From positions 3,561 through 67,560 of the forward strand of contig JAMDAM010000009.1 of NCBI GenBank assembly GCA_023484805.1: DNA of 64,000 nt, given 5' to 3'. The DNA comes from Thermoplasmatota archaeon. GTDB taxonomy: Archaea > Thermoplasmatota > Thermoplasmata > Thermoplasmatales > Thermoplasmataceae. Within the stretch, counting starts at the first letter, position 1; every line of letters starts with the position of its first letter. Below, piece after piece: positions 1 to 9,929 of this stretch. The translations under genes and the position numbers were made by a program. The notes beneath the pieces were generated by a model, which saw only the letters and a program-made list of their open reading frames with translations, did not search any database and was not told the DNA's origin.

Positions 1-1904
1 CAGCTATCGAAGCTACAGCCGGCAACAGGCTGAACTCCGTGGTGGTTGAAAGTGATGAAACCTCGCAGAAATGCATAGAACTCCTCAAGAGAGAGAAAGC
101 CGGAAGGATCACGTTTCTGCCAGTAAATAAGATGACCCTTGGAAGGCCACGTGGGAAGGCAATAATAGTGCACAACTCGCAGGACTCTCTTGGATATGTC
201 ATGGAGAGAATCCGTTATGACCCGCGTTACGAAGGATGCGTATGGCATGGTTTCCAGGATACCGTAATTGTGGAAAATGTGGAGATAGCAAGGAAATACA
301 TGGTCGGGGTTAAGCTCGTTACACTTGACGGTGACATTTTTGATCCAAGCGGAGCAATCACCGGAGGTTTCATTGAAAAGAGACATGAGAACGTGGTGTC
401 CGAAAAGAAAGCTGCAGATATCTCCTCAGAGATATCAGTAACAAACTCAAGAATCGATGAACTTTCATCAATAATAAAGGTAAAAAATTCCGAGCTTGAC
501 AGGCTTACTGAGGAACTGAGCGCCAGGTCAAGGGAAGAGGGGCAGAAAAGGGCAAGATCAGACAGCATTGATGGTGATATAACAAAGACAAGGGCGGAAC
601 TTGAGCAGATAAAAGGCAGGATAACAATATGCACACAGGAGCTGGGTTCGGTAACTGAGGAATACGAGAAAAAGAATGGGCAGATTCAGCAAGTCAAAAC
701 GGAAATGCGATTAAAGCAACGCGAAAAGACAGCAATAATGGAGGAGATGAAGACACAGAACCCGGAAGAAGCAGAGTTGCAGGAATCAATAGAAAGGAAG
801 CTTTCCCAGCTTCGTGAACAACAGACACAGATATCATCTGAAATTTCAGCAACTTCTGTGGAAATCAGGCACACGGCAGACAGGTGCAACGCACTTCTGA
901 AAGAATCTAAGGACCTGGAAACTGAGATTAAGATGCTCGAGGAGGAAGAGAAATCTATAAATGCTGGTCAGAGGGCCCTTGAATCCGATCTTTCCAAGAC
1001 TCAGCTGGTTGAGGCGGAACTCGACAAAAACACCAGGGAATACACAGAAGCCATATCAAAACTTGATTCCGAGATTTCCAAGTTGAACCTGTCAATTGAA
1101 ACAAACAGGTCAATGTGCGTCACCAAGAAGGATGTGATGATAACCCTGAATTCGAAGGTATCAAACATCAGGGAAAAGGCTCAGCAGCTTTCTGAAGAAT
1201 TGACAAATTCTGGCGGGAAACCCATCGAAGGCAACAGCTCTGACCAGGAAATAAGAAAGTCCATTCTTGTGCTACAGGGAGAGGGAGAGACACTTGGCCC
1301 TATAAATTACAAAGCCATTGAGGAATTCTCCTCAGCTTCATCAGTTCTGGATACTCTGCGGGGTGAATTGCAGAGGTTCACGGATGAGCGTAAGGAGCTG
1401 GAAGGCTTAATGGAGAAGCTCAACAAACAGAAGGAGACAATTTTCGTGAAGACTTTCAGCAGCATAAATGAGGGGATGAACTTAATTTACGGAAAGCTTT
1501 CCGGTGGAGGAGAAGCCCAGCTTTTACTCAGCGATCCGGAAAAGCCTCTTGAGTCCGAGGTTCACATAAAAGCGCGACCTAAGGGGAAAACCTTTGCCAA
1601 GCTGCAATCACTGAGCGGAGGGGAGAAAAGCCTTACCGCGCTTGCATTTATAATGTCTGTTCAGCGCATAACCCCTTCACCTGTGTACTATCTGGATGAG
1701 GTTGACATGTTTCTTGATGGTTCAAACGTTGAAAGAATGGGGCAGATGTTCAGGGCAAATTCCGAAACTTCCCAGATACTGATGGTGTCCTTGAAGAAGG
1801 CAATGCTGAAGTATGCAAATAACATAATCGGCGTAACGAGCTTCGACCAGGAAAACACAGAGGTCTATGGCAAAACCATATCACCCGACACGGAGGAGTT
1901 CTGA
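1..1904 (+). CDS. smc: Chromosome segregation protein SMC (5'-truncated by window edge)
   Basis: Hinge motifs (AIEATAGNRL, GRITFLP, VTLDGD..G.ITGG), long coiled coil, signature LSGGEKSL, Walker B YYLDEVD; frame open to the window start. Confidence 0.97.
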   Translation, partial: AIEATAGNRLNSVVVESDETSQKCIELLKREKAGRITFLPVNKMTLGRPRGKAIIVHNSQDSLGYVMERIRYDPRYEGCVWHGFQDTVIVENVEIARKYMVGVKLVTLDGDIFDPSGAITGGFIEKRHENVVSEKKAADISSEISVTNSRIDELSSIIKVKNSELDRLTEELSARSREEGQKRARSDSIDGDITKTRAELEQIKGRITICTQELGSVTEEYEKKNGQIQQVKTEMRLKQREKTAIMEEMKTQNPEEAELQESIERKLSQLREQQTQISSEISATSVEIRHTADRCNALLKESKDLETEIKMLEEEEKSINAGQRALESDLSKTQLVEAELDKNTREYTEAISKLDSEISKLNLSIETNRSMCVTKKDVMITLNSKVSNIREKAQQLSEELTNSGGKPIEGNSSDQEIRKSILVLQGEGETLGPINYKAIEEFSSASSVLDTLRGELQRFTDERKELEGLMEKLNKQKETIFVKTFSSINEGMNLIYGKLSGGGEAQLLLSDPEKPLESEVHIKARPKGKTFAKLQSLSGGEKSLTALAFIMSVQRITPSPVYYLDEVDMFLDGSNVERMGQMFRANSETSQILMVSLKKAMLKYANNIIGVTSFDQENTEVYGKTISPDTEEF

Positions 1905-2683
1905 TGGAATTCCAGGAGATAATGAACAGCCTCATAGTGCAGGGGGAGTTGATGGAGATCAACACCGCAGAATATGAAAAAGTTCTGCGCAATTTTGAGA
2001 ACACCAAGGCGATATCTGATCCGGTCTCGAAGGCAAGTTCAATGGTTTTCAAGATGTGCCAGGACGGGGCACTTGATCCATGGAATGTCGATCTGCTTGC
2101 CTTTGCAAAATACTTCAGGATGATCATAACAGAAGAATTCACCGACCTGGGATTTGCAGGATACATCATCGCAGAGGCATGGAGAATTCTATACCTCAAG
2201 ACACTGTCCACTGTGGAAACGGATGAGGTAGAAGACTCAGGAGAGCCTTTTGAACTTTCTGCTGAGCTCACCGTCCCAACTCGGGCAGAGAGTGAGCTGG
2301 AACTCAAGGTTCCGGTATCAGGCCATACCAGAAGGCCCATCAGGATGATCGAGCTCCTTGACGCTATGAGATCAGCTTACATACATGGACCAAAAGCAAG
2401 GTCCAGCAGGAAGGGTGATCTACCAGAACTCACCTCACTCGACGACATTGTCAGCAACCTCAACCTGGACGAGCCGGAGAGGGAGATTGCCAGGACTTTC
2501 CAGATTATAGCAGGAGCTTACCATGACACATTTTACATGGAGGATTACTGGGGAAGTACGGCAGAGGAGAGATCTTCCTTCTTCGTGTATTCACTCTTCC
2601 TGATGAGGGAGAGGAGGATACAGCTTCACCAGGAAAGGCCTTACGCCGAGATTGTTATAAATCGTATTGATATGGGATTATGA
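1904..2683 (+). CDS. scpA: Segregation and condensation protein A (kleisin)
   Basis: LDPWNVDL motif, AWRILYLKT, C-terminal winged-helix (F..SLFL....I.L.Q..PY.EI); start overlaps smc stop. Confidence 0.85.
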   Translation: MEFQEIMNSLIVQGELMEINTAEYEKVLRNFENTKAISDPVSKASSMVFKMCQDGALDPWNVDLLAFAKYFRMIITEEFTDLGFAGYIIAEAWRILYLKTLSTVETDEVEDSGEPFELSAELTVPTRAESELELKVPVSGHTRRPIRMIELLDAMRSAYIHGPKARSSRKGDLPELTSLDDIVSNLNLDEPEREIARTFQIIAGAYHDTFYMEDYWGSTAEERSSFFVYSLFLMRERRIQLHQERPYAEIVINRIDMGL

Positions 2684-2946
2684 GTTTTACGGGCCTGGAA
2701 CCCAGCTCTTCGCAACCAAGATATGTGAGCGCTTCCGAGATATCGCAGTATGAATTCTGCAATGTAGCATGGTACTACCAGAAAGAAAAATATCCAAGAA
2801 GCAAGTTTTCCTCAAAGCGCATGGCAACCGGCAGGGACAGGCACCGGAAACTTGAGAAATCGTATATTTCCCTTACCATCTTGGTCAGGATAATGGTTGC
2901 TGCACTCGTCATCGTCGTTTCCGCCATATTGTTTCTGACGGTCTGA
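2680..2946 (+). CDS. Cas4-like nuclease N-terminal fragment with C-terminal TM helix
   Basis: VSASEISQYEFC..AWYY...G...H resembles the Cas4/PD-(D/E)XK N-terminus; hydrophobic C-terminus. Confidence 0.75.
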   Translation: MSFTGLEPSSSQPRYVSASEISQYEFCNVAWYYQKEKYPRSKFSSKRMATGRDRHRKLEKSYISLTILVRIMVAALVIVVSAILFLTV

Positions 2947-2947
2947 A

Positions 2948-3475
2948 ATGGAAGCCATCCTTCTCCTCATTTTCGTGGTTGTTCTTATTCTTGTTCTCAT
3001 ACTGGCTGCAAGTGGAAAGAGAAAATCATTCAGTGTGCCCAGGGGAAAGAAGATATACGGCGATATGCTGACGAAGGGTAAAGTTCTTAAGTCTGAAAGG
3101 TACCTCATCACTGGAAAACCTGACCTGATAACGAGAAAGGGAAAACTCATAGTGCCGTATGAGTACAAGTCGGGCAATGCAAGCGAGCCAAGAACTGGAC
3201 ATCTTCTGCAGATGGGGGCGTACTTCATCATTCTAGGAGATATGTATCCTAATAGTATCATAAAATACGGCATACTGAAATACGGAAACTCGACTTTCAG
3301 AGTGGAAAATACACACGGCCTCAGAAACAGAGTCCTTGCCATTGCGGATGAAATCCGTGCAAATTCAGGAATACCTTCCAGGAATCATGACAATAGGGGA
3401 AGATGCTTTCGATGCCCTTACAAGGACGTGTGTTCGCAAAATTTAATTCATTATCGCGCTTCAGAAGATGCCTGA
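2948..3475 (+). CDS. Cas4-like PD-(D/E)XK nuclease, C-terminal part with N-terminal TM helix
   Basis: GKPD, EYKSG, QMGAY (QxxxY) and CFRCPYKDVC motifs; hydrophobic N-terminus. Confidence 0.85.
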   Translation: MEAILLLIFVVVLILVLILAASGKRKSFSVPRGKKIYGDMLTKGKVLKSERYLITGKPDLITRKGKLIVPYEYKSGNASEPRTGHLLQMGAYFIILGDMYPNSIIKYGILKYGNSTFRVENTHGLRNRVLAIADEIRANSGIPSRNHDNRGRCFRCPYKDVCSQNLIHYRASEDA

Positions 3476-4508
3476 CATGGATAACATTGACTTGATAACA
3501 AGAAACATGGAAGAAATCGTTACCAGAGAAGAACTCAGCTCACTGGATATATCGCATTCGCGGTCTTACATCGGATTTGAGCCTTCGGGAGTGCCGCACA
3601 TAGGAACCGCTGTTCTGTGGCCTATGAAACTGATTGAAGCTGCGTCCACTGGAATGAGTGTCACTGTACTGCTTGCGGACTGGCATGCATTGATAAATGA
3701 CAAGCTTGGTGGAGATATGGAGATGATCCGCCGGAGTGGCCAGATGCTTGAACAGAGCATGAAGGCAATGGGGCTCGTAAACAATGTAAAATTTGTATGG
3801 GCGGCTGACATAGTGGATGACAGCGATTACTGGATGCAGTTCATTCATGTGGCAAAACATTCCAACCTTGCAAGGCTGAAACGTGCCCTTCCAATCATGG
3901 GTCGCACCGAGGATGATGCAGATCAGGACTTCAGCAAATACCTCTATCCACTCATGCAGGTCAACGATATCTTTTACAATGATTTTGACGTCGCATTCGG
4001 AGGTATGGACCAGCGCCATGCACACATGCTGGCAAGGGACATTGCCGAGAAAATGCACAGGAAAAAGGTAGTTTCAATTCACGGACCCTTGCTGGGAAGC
4101 CTGGCTGGGAATGGCCGGATGGGACCTTTTGCAAAAATGTCCAAGAGTTCGCCAGATTCCGCAATATTTGTATCAGATACTCTTGAAGCGATAGTTTCAA
4201 AGCTTAAGCACGCATACTGCCCGGCCGGAGAGATAAACGGCAACCCTGTCACGGATATACTTCGCCACATTATTTTCCCCTATTACAAAGGGAAAGTTAT
4301 TATAGAGAGGGCAGAGAAATTTGGAGGGGATCTATCCCTCGGGAGCTTCGAGGAATTCAGCGCACTCTATACACAGGGAAAAATCCATCCAGTGGACCTT
4401 AAATCAGCAGTTGCACGTTACGTTGACATCATGATCAGCCCTGCAAGGGCCGTATACAACGCCGACGCTATCAGGGAAATGTTTGATGCTGTCAACGGCA
4501 AAAAATGA
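3468..4508 (+). CDS. tyrS: Tyrosine--tRNA ligase
   Basis: YIGFEPSG..HIG, YPLMQVND, GGMDQR, KMSKS. Confidence 0.97.
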   Translation: MPDMDNIDLITRNMEEIVTREELSSLDISHSRSYIGFEPSGVPHIGTAVLWPMKLIEAASTGMSVTVLLADWHALINDKLGGDMEMIRRSGQMLEQSMKAMGLVNNVKFVWAADIVDDSDYWMQFIHVAKHSNLARLKRALPIMGRTEDDADQDFSKYLYPLMQVNDIFYNDFDVAFGGMDQRHAHMLARDIAEKMHRKKVVSIHGPLLGSLAGNGRMGPFAKMSKSSPDSAIFVSDTLEAIVSKLKHAYCPAGEINGNPVTDILRHIIFPYYKGKVIIERAEKFGGDLSLGSFEEFSALYTQGKIHPVDLKSAVARYVDIMISPARAVYNADAIREMFDAVNGKK

Positions 4509-4510
4509 AG

Positions 4511-4675
4511 TCAGACCATCTTTTCTATTGAAACGTTGCTGTCCTCGGAATAAAAACCCACAATATCGCCAGGCGAAATCTTCAGGATTTCAGCGACGCG
4601 CTTAGGAAGCGTGACCCTGAACGATGCTCCTCTTTTGGAAACATGCGTGACCTCAATGAGTACCCTATTTCCCAT
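4511..4675 (-). CDS. Small AbrB/MazE/SpoVT-family DNA-binding protein (54 aa, absent from the ORF track)
   Basis: Manual translation MGNRVLIEVTHVSKRGASFRVTLPKRVAEILKISPGDIVGFYSEDSNVSIEKMV; G.S..VTLPK.....L.I..GD.V pattern; TATA-like sequence upstream. Confidence 0.85.
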   Translation of the reverse strand: MGNRVLIEVTHVSKRGASFRVTLPKRVAEILKISPGDIVGFYSEDSNVSIEKMV

Positions 4676-4782
4676 ATGGATATGTACGCAATACCACTAT
4701 ATAAATGAATTCAACTTTGTGAACTTCCTCAAACATTAGCATTTTTTCAATGAGATGCCAAAAATCTCCTCCACTGGCATGA

Positions 4783-5802
4783 TCAGAAGAAGGTGTCCAG
4801 ACTTGACTGCTTCTCCCTGCTGAAGAACGTTTCGAGTTTCTCAAGGTAAGGCTCAATCCTCTGCCTGGAGAAGTCATGCTCATCGCAAAGGAACTGGAAA
4901 AGCCTATCGGGTTGCGGACGTGCGAAGATAATCCTAACTTCACTGTTCACTGGGGGTGACCGGAAGAATTCCCTTATCTCGTCAAGGTTCTCTATCTTTT
5001 GTCCCTTCTCCTTGAGCACGGCATACACTGTTCCGTATTTTCTTATCAGGTTGAGTGCAGTCTTTGCCCCAACGCGTTCAAGCCCCCTGTTGAAGTCTGT
5101 CCCAACGAGAATCCCAAGGTCGATGAGTTGTTCGTGGGTAATGTGGTTTGTCTCCAGGACCTCGTTCAGATCGATATATTCAGGTGTCACGTTAACATAA
5201 AGGTTCCTTCCCGGTACCTTTCTCCTGCCATACATGGTGAAATTCCTGAACACCCTTCTGGCACCGAAGAGGAGACAGTCATAATCCTGCGAAACGACAC
5301 CGGAAACAAGCCCGTTACGCGACATAACGGAAGCCTGTGCCTCTCCCTCGGAAGGAGCATCAACATATGGCAGGCCCATATAGCTGAGGATCTTCCTGGC
5401 ATCGTCAGCCACCTCCCGGGTAACATAGTTTATCCTTGATGACAGGGACCTTACCCTCTCCTCATCTCCAGCCTCCACTGCAGCCTGGAGCTCGAGTACG
5501 TTTTTTTCCTTTATCAGCCTCCGCTCCTCAAGCGTCCTGTTTTTCAGGTAGGAGGGTTTGCCGTCGAAAACGTAAACGGGCTTTATGCCCTGTTCCATCA
5601 GCGTTATTGTTCTGTAGAAAATGCCAGAAATGTGCGATGTTATGTGTCCCCTGGCATCCTTCAAAGGGCTTCCGTCATATTCCCTGATGCTGCTGAGGAA
5701 CTGGTACAGGATATTATAAGCATCTACTGAAACGACTGATCCTGACTGATCCTTCAGGCTTGTTCCGTGCTTCTGTACAATATCGGAAATATTCACGCCC
5801 AT
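4783..5802 (-). CDS. fen: Flap endonuclease 1
   Basis: DAYNILYQFL, VFDG, EGEAQA, SQDYD, GTDFN; C-terminal PIP box QSSLDTFF. Confidence 0.97.
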   Translation of the reverse strand: MGVNISDIVQKHGTSLKDQSGSVVSVDAYNILYQFLSSIREYDGSPLKDARGHITSHISGIFYRTITLMEQGIKPVYVFDGKPSYLKNRTLEERRLIKEKNVLELQAAVEAGDEERVRSLSSRINYVTREVADDARKILSYMGLPYVDAPSEGEAQASVMSRNGLVSGVVSQDYDCLLFGARRVFRNFTMYGRRKVPGRNLYVNVTPEYIDLNEVLETNHITHEQLIDLGILVGTDFNRGLERVGAKTALNLIRKYGTVYAVLKEKGQKIENLDEIREFFRSPPVNSEVRIIFARPQPDRLFQFLCDEHDFSRQRIEPYLEKLETFFSREKQSSLDTFF

Positions 5803-5804
5803 AA

Positions 5805-6503
5805 CTATACCTCGCAGGATATCCCGTAGCTGACTATCCTGAAGTCAGTATACTGCCCCTCTGCTATTGAACGGTGCTTCATCACCACGAGTCTCCTCTT
5901 GCCATTATCGATTTTCCTGACCTCGAGTATGGACTTCATAGCATGGTTGATTACATAGCCCCCAAATGGCTGAAGAACCCCGCTATCAACATCCTGGTAA
6001 ACCTGGTTTATGATTAGTGCGGGAATATTGAACTTCAAGATGATTCTGGTGAGGTGGGAAAGCTGTTTCTGGAACCCTGCGATTCTGGCAGCGGCATCTG
6101 AGGTCTTTTCTAGCCTGAAATATTCGGTAAATGAGTCAATCGCTATTAGCCCAACATTCCCGTAGCGTTCCATGAGCCTTTCGCACCGCATTATGGCCAT
6201 TTCCTGGTCCTCAAGGCTGTTTACCCTGTATAATATCAGGTTTTCTGAAAGCTTTTCAGTTCCGGCGGATATCTGTGCCAAACGCTCCGATGAAACTCCC
6301 TCTGTATCAATGTATATGACCCTTTTTCCCTGCCTGATGCAGGAAATGGAGAACAACAGGGCCAGGTTTGTTTTCCCTGAACCACCTTCTCCATAAATCT
6401 CAGTGATTATTCCGCTCTCCAGTCCGCCCATAAGGAGGCCATCAATACAGCTCACCTCCATGGAAAGCTTTTTTTGAGGACTGCCGATTTCAACTTTCTC
6501 CAT
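5805..6503 (-). CDS. radB: DNA repair protein RadB
   Basis: GEGGSGKT Walker A, YIDTEG, INQV, C-terminal KHR motif; lacks the RadA N-terminal domain. Confidence 0.93.
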   Translation of the reverse strand: MEKVEIGSPQKKLSMEVSCIDGLLMGGLESGIITEIYGEGGSGKTNLALLFSISCIRQGKRVIYIDTEGVSSERLAQISAGTEKLSENLILYRVNSLEDQEMAIMRCERLMERYGNVGLIAIDSFTEYFRLEKTSDAAARIAGFQKQLSHLTRIILKFNIPALIINQVYQDVDSGVLQPFGGYVINHAMKSILEVRKIDNGKRRLVVMKHRSIAEGQYTDFRIVSYGISCEV

Positions 6504-6549
6504 TTATTTGATATATAGAATTAATATAAAAAGTAGATTGAAGGGCATA

Positions 6550-7206
6550 TCACAATTTATCCACAAGCCTGACTATGTCCATTAGGTCGCCGGTCAGTAT
6601 CTCTGCGTCTGAAAACTTGGTCAGGTCTGCGTGCCGGGGACTGAACGCTATTGAGTAGCCCGCTTCCTGAAACATGGACCTGTCGTCGAACGAATCGCCG
6701 ATGCATACAGTGTTTTCCTTGTCTACTGCAAATTTTTCCTGGATATCCCTGACGTTCCTGTCCTTATGCTGGAAGTCGACCTCAACCTTTCCGTCGGGAA
6801 TGAGATAACCGGAACTGTCAGTTAGAAGGTGGTTGGACTGTACGCAGTCGAACCTGGCCGAAGCCTCTATCCGATCGGCAAGCCACGAAATACCGCCAGA
6901 AACTATGGCCACCTTCTTTCCCCTTGACCTCAGGAGATTTATGGTGTCTGCAAGCCCTATTCTCAGCGGGATCTCGTTCAGGATTGAGATTATCTCGCTC
7001 CGGGAGACCTTTCCCCGCTTGTCAATCCAGAGTTTAACGTCTCCCCTGAGGAATTCCTCGTAGCTTATCTTGCCCATCTCGAATTTCTGTCGGAGTTCGC
7101 GATTATCCACCTGGAAACGCTTATGAACATAGTTCCAGCTGCTGGAGTCCCCGGTAAGCACGCCGTCCATATCAAAAACAAAAAGCTTGAAGTCAGTTGA
7201 AGACAT
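6550..7206 (-). CDS. HAD-IB phosphatase (phosphoserine phosphatase-like)
   Basis: FDMDGVLT, VSGG, GDS..D motifs; start placed at MSSTD after a GGTGA RBS. Confidence 0.85.
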   Translation of the reverse strand: MSSTDFKLFVFDMDGVLTGDSSSWNYVHKRFQVDNRELRQKFEMGKISYEEFLRGDVKLWIDKRGKVSRSEIISILNEIPLRIGLADTINLLRSRGKKVAIVSGGISWLADRIEASARFDCVQSNHLLTDSSGYLIPDGKVEVDFQHKDRNVRDIQEKFAVDKENTVCIGDSFDDRSMFQEAGYSIAFSPRHADLTKFSDAEILTGDLMDIVRLVDKL

Positions 7207-7217
7207 TTTTTCACCGA

Positions 7218-8615
7218 TCAGTAAGTCCTCGAAAAGCTTGCGATTTTTCCAGGCTTTCCACAGACTATACACTTTGCATCTCCAGGGCTGCTGATATTAA
7301 TTCCGAGAACAACCTTTTCCGTCTCCTTCTCTATTGTGTCGGAGCATTCCCTGTTCCCACACCATCCAGAGAGACTTATCCCTTCGTATGATCTCATATC
7401 CTCCACGGACTTGTCTCTCCTGGAAAGTTCCAGAAACTGTTTAGCTGCGCGTGCGGTAATTTCCTCCCTTACCTCATGGAGCAGCCGTGAAATACCGGGA
7501 ACAAGTTCCTTGAATTCTATTTTCTGTCTACCCCTGGAAGTACGCTTTGCCACTGTAACTGATTTTTCACCGACCTCCCTGCCACCTATCTCTATTCTGA
7601 GCGGAACACCACGCATTTCCCAGTCATTGAATTTATAGCCTGGTGTATATGCATCCCTGTTATCGAGCTTCACCCTGAAACCATGGTCCGTCAGGACTGT
7701 GCAAACTGAACTGACAAAACCTTCCTGTTCGCGGTTGTCTGAAGGTATCGGTATCACTACAACCTGGAATGGTGCCACGTCCGGCGGGAACACGAGGCCG
7801 GTATCGTCGCCGTGTATGCCTATTATGGCTGCAAGGAGTCGTTCACTCAGTCCGAAGGTCGTCTGGTACGCATAAACTGCCTGGCCAGACTCGTCTGAAT
7901 ACTTTATGTCGTAATTCCTTGCAAAATTGTCATCATACTGGTGAATGGTCCCGATCTGCAGGGACCTGCCGCTTGGCAGGGCTGTATCGAAGGCGAGCGA
8001 ATACACGGCGCCAGGAAATTTATCCCATTCTGGCCTCCTGTCGACGTGAAACGGCAGGCAGAGTGCAGAACTGATCTTCTTCCATATTTCCATATATTCG
8101 GCCATCTGCTCTTCAGATTCCTTGTGGTCCCGGTGAGCAGTGTGAGCCTCGAAAAAGTGGATTTCCCTGATGCGGATGAAAGAGCGGGTATGTTTGGTCT
8201 CGTATCTATATACATTGACAATCTGGTAAATTTTCAGCGGCAGGTCAGCATGTGTCCTCACCCAGAGAGAGAACATCGGGTACATTGCTGCCTCACTGGT
8301 GGGGCGAAGCGCCATTTCAATATCCAGCTTCTCCTTTCCGCCCTTGGTAACCCAGTATAGCTCATTTTCAAATCCCTTAATGTGCTCAAATTCAACCATG
8401 AGCATATCCCTTGTTATCAAAACCGGGAAGCTGACTTCCTGAAACTCCTTGATGTCCACGTTTGCCCTGACCACGCTATCGATGTTCTTCATTGCTTTCC
8501 ATCCATAGGGAAGCCACACATTCATCCCCTTTATTGGATAACGTTTGTCGCTAAGCTGGCTGATATCTATGATCTCATTGTACCATTCGCTGAAATCTTT
8601 CTTCTTATTCTCCAT
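7218..8615 (-). CDS. proS: Proline--tRNA ligase (archaeal/eukaryotic type)
   Basis: FSEWY, LRPTSE, YRYETK..R.REI, TFGLSER, C-terminal Zn cysteines and terminal Y; start placed at MENKK. Confidence 0.97.
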   Translation of the reverse strand: MENKKKDFSEWYNEIIDISQLSDKRYPIKGMNVWLPYGWKAMKNIDSVVRANVDIKEFQEVSFPVLITRDMLMVEFEHIKGFENELYWVTKGGKEKLDIEMALRPTSEAAMYPMFSLWVRTHADLPLKIYQIVNVYRYETKHTRSFIRIREIHFFEAHTAHRDHKESEEQMAEYMEIWKKISSALCLPFHVDRRPEWDKFPGAVYSLAFDTALPSGRSLQIGTIHQYDDNFARNYDIKYSDESGQAVYAYQTTFGLSERLLAAIIGIHGDDTGLVFPPDVAPFQVVVIPIPSDNREQEGFVSSVCTVLTDHGFRVKLDNRDAYTPGYKFNDWEMRGVPLRIEIGGREVGEKSVTVAKRTSRGRQKIEFKELVPGISRLLHEVREEITARAAKQFLELSRRDKSVEDMRSYEGISLSGWCGNRECSDTIEKETEKVVLGINISSPGDAKCIVCGKPGKIASFSRTY

Positions 8616-8700
8616 CTTCAGATACTGATGTAAGATCTTCTTATAAATATTTGAGAGCGATGAATCTGAAAGAAAATATACGAGTGTTATATATGCAGAT

Positions 8701-9900
8701 ATGGCGGGAAAAAATTCAGCGATGAATGACAGGGACTTCATTGTGGATGTGGCAAGAAGGATCATTCCGGTAGAGGCAATTTCTCCTGAATCAGGCGGGA
8801 AGGGAGAATCCCTCCGTGCTGACCTTATTTCCAAGATGCTTTCGGAGATGGGGTACGACAGTTTCAAGAGATACGATGTCAAGGATGATCATGGTGTTGT
8901 AAGGTCAAACATTGTGCTGAAGATCGGAAACCTGCCAAAGACATTCTGGATTATTTCACACATTGACACAGTGCCGGTTGGAGACCCAGCACTCTGGACG
9001 CGGAAACCATTTGAAGTGACCGTGGAGGGAGACAGGATGTATGGAAGGGGGACTTCGGACGACGGTCAGGCTGTATTTCTATCCCTGCTGCTCCTGAAGG
9101 ATCTGAAGAAGTCAGACCTCAAATACAATCTTGGGCTCGCATTTGTGGCCGACGAAGAGGTCGGAAGCAAATACGGGATTCAATATTTGCTGGAAAAGGA
9201 CATTTTCTCGAAGAATGATCTTCTTCTCGTACCTGATGCCGGAGCAAAGGACGGGATGTACATCGAGATCGCTGAAAAGAGCATTATGTGGATAAGATTC
9301 AAGATCAACGGAAAGCAGTACCACGCCAGCATGCCTTCTGAGGCAATAAACGCGAACCGGGAGGGAATGAGATTCATGCTTGAGCTTGACGAGTTTCTGC
9401 ACAAGAAATACAATGCAGTCAACAAGCTGTTCTCACCGGATGTGTCGACATTTGAGCCAACCAAGCGTGAAAAGAACGTGGACAACATAAACACGATCCC
9501 GGGAACCGAGGTGGTCTACCTTGATTGCCGGATCCTCCCATCCTATGATCTTGACCACGTTATAGACGACATAGACTCCATTATCAAGGAATTTGAAAAG
9601 AAAAGCAAGGCGAGAATAACATACACCTTTGTCCAGAAGGAACAGGCCCCTCTGCCCACCAGTGAAACTTCTGAGATAGTCCAGAAGTTGAAATCGGCCA
9701 TAGCTGCAAGCAGGGGAAAAGAACCGAAGACAGTCGGAATCGGCGGCGGCACCTGCGCAGCATTCTTCCGACGAAAAGGTTACCAGGCTGCCGTATGGTC
9801 CACTACAATAGACGAGGTTGCACATCAGGCCGATGAATACTGTCTCATCAGCAACATTGAGAAAGACAGGGACACGCTGAACAGGCTGCTGTATCAATAA
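8701..9900 (+). CDS. M20 family metallohydrolase (DapE/ArgE-like)
   Basis: SHIDTVP, GRGTSDD, DEEVGS, H..DEY. Confidence 0.9.
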   Translation: MAGKNSAMNDRDFIVDVARRIIPVEAISPESGGKGESLRADLISKMLSEMGYDSFKRYDVKDDHGVVRSNIVLKIGNLPKTFWIISHIDTVPVGDPALWTRKPFEVTVEGDRMYGRGTSDDGQAVFLSLLLLKDLKKSDLKYNLGLAFVADEEVGSKYGIQYLLEKDIFSKNDLLLVPDAGAKDGMYIEIAEKSIMWIRFKINGKQYHASMPSEAINANREGMRFMLELDEFLHKKYNAVNKLFSPDVSTFEPTKREKNVDNINTIPGTEVVYLDCRILPSYDLDHVIDDIDSIIKEFEKKSKARITYTFVQKEQAPLPTSETSEIVQKLKSAIAASRGKEPKTVGIGGGTCAAFFRRKGYQAAVWSTTIDEVAHQADEYCLISNIEKDRDTLNRLLYQ

Positions 9901-9929
9901 CGGATACGCGAATGAGACCGTTACTGGGT

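Noticed and set aside
2680-3475. CRISPR-Cas locus suggested by the Cas4-like genes
   Set aside because: No repeat-spacer array or cas1/cas2/effector genes seen in the window
1-3475. Wadjet/MksBEFG defence system
   Set aside because: The SMC has a canonical hinge and ScpA partner; the nuclease is PD-(D/E)XK rather than a Toprim JetD
8616-8882. N-terminal extension of ProRS
   Set aside because: Overlaps the divergent M20 gene; ProRS homology begins at MENKK
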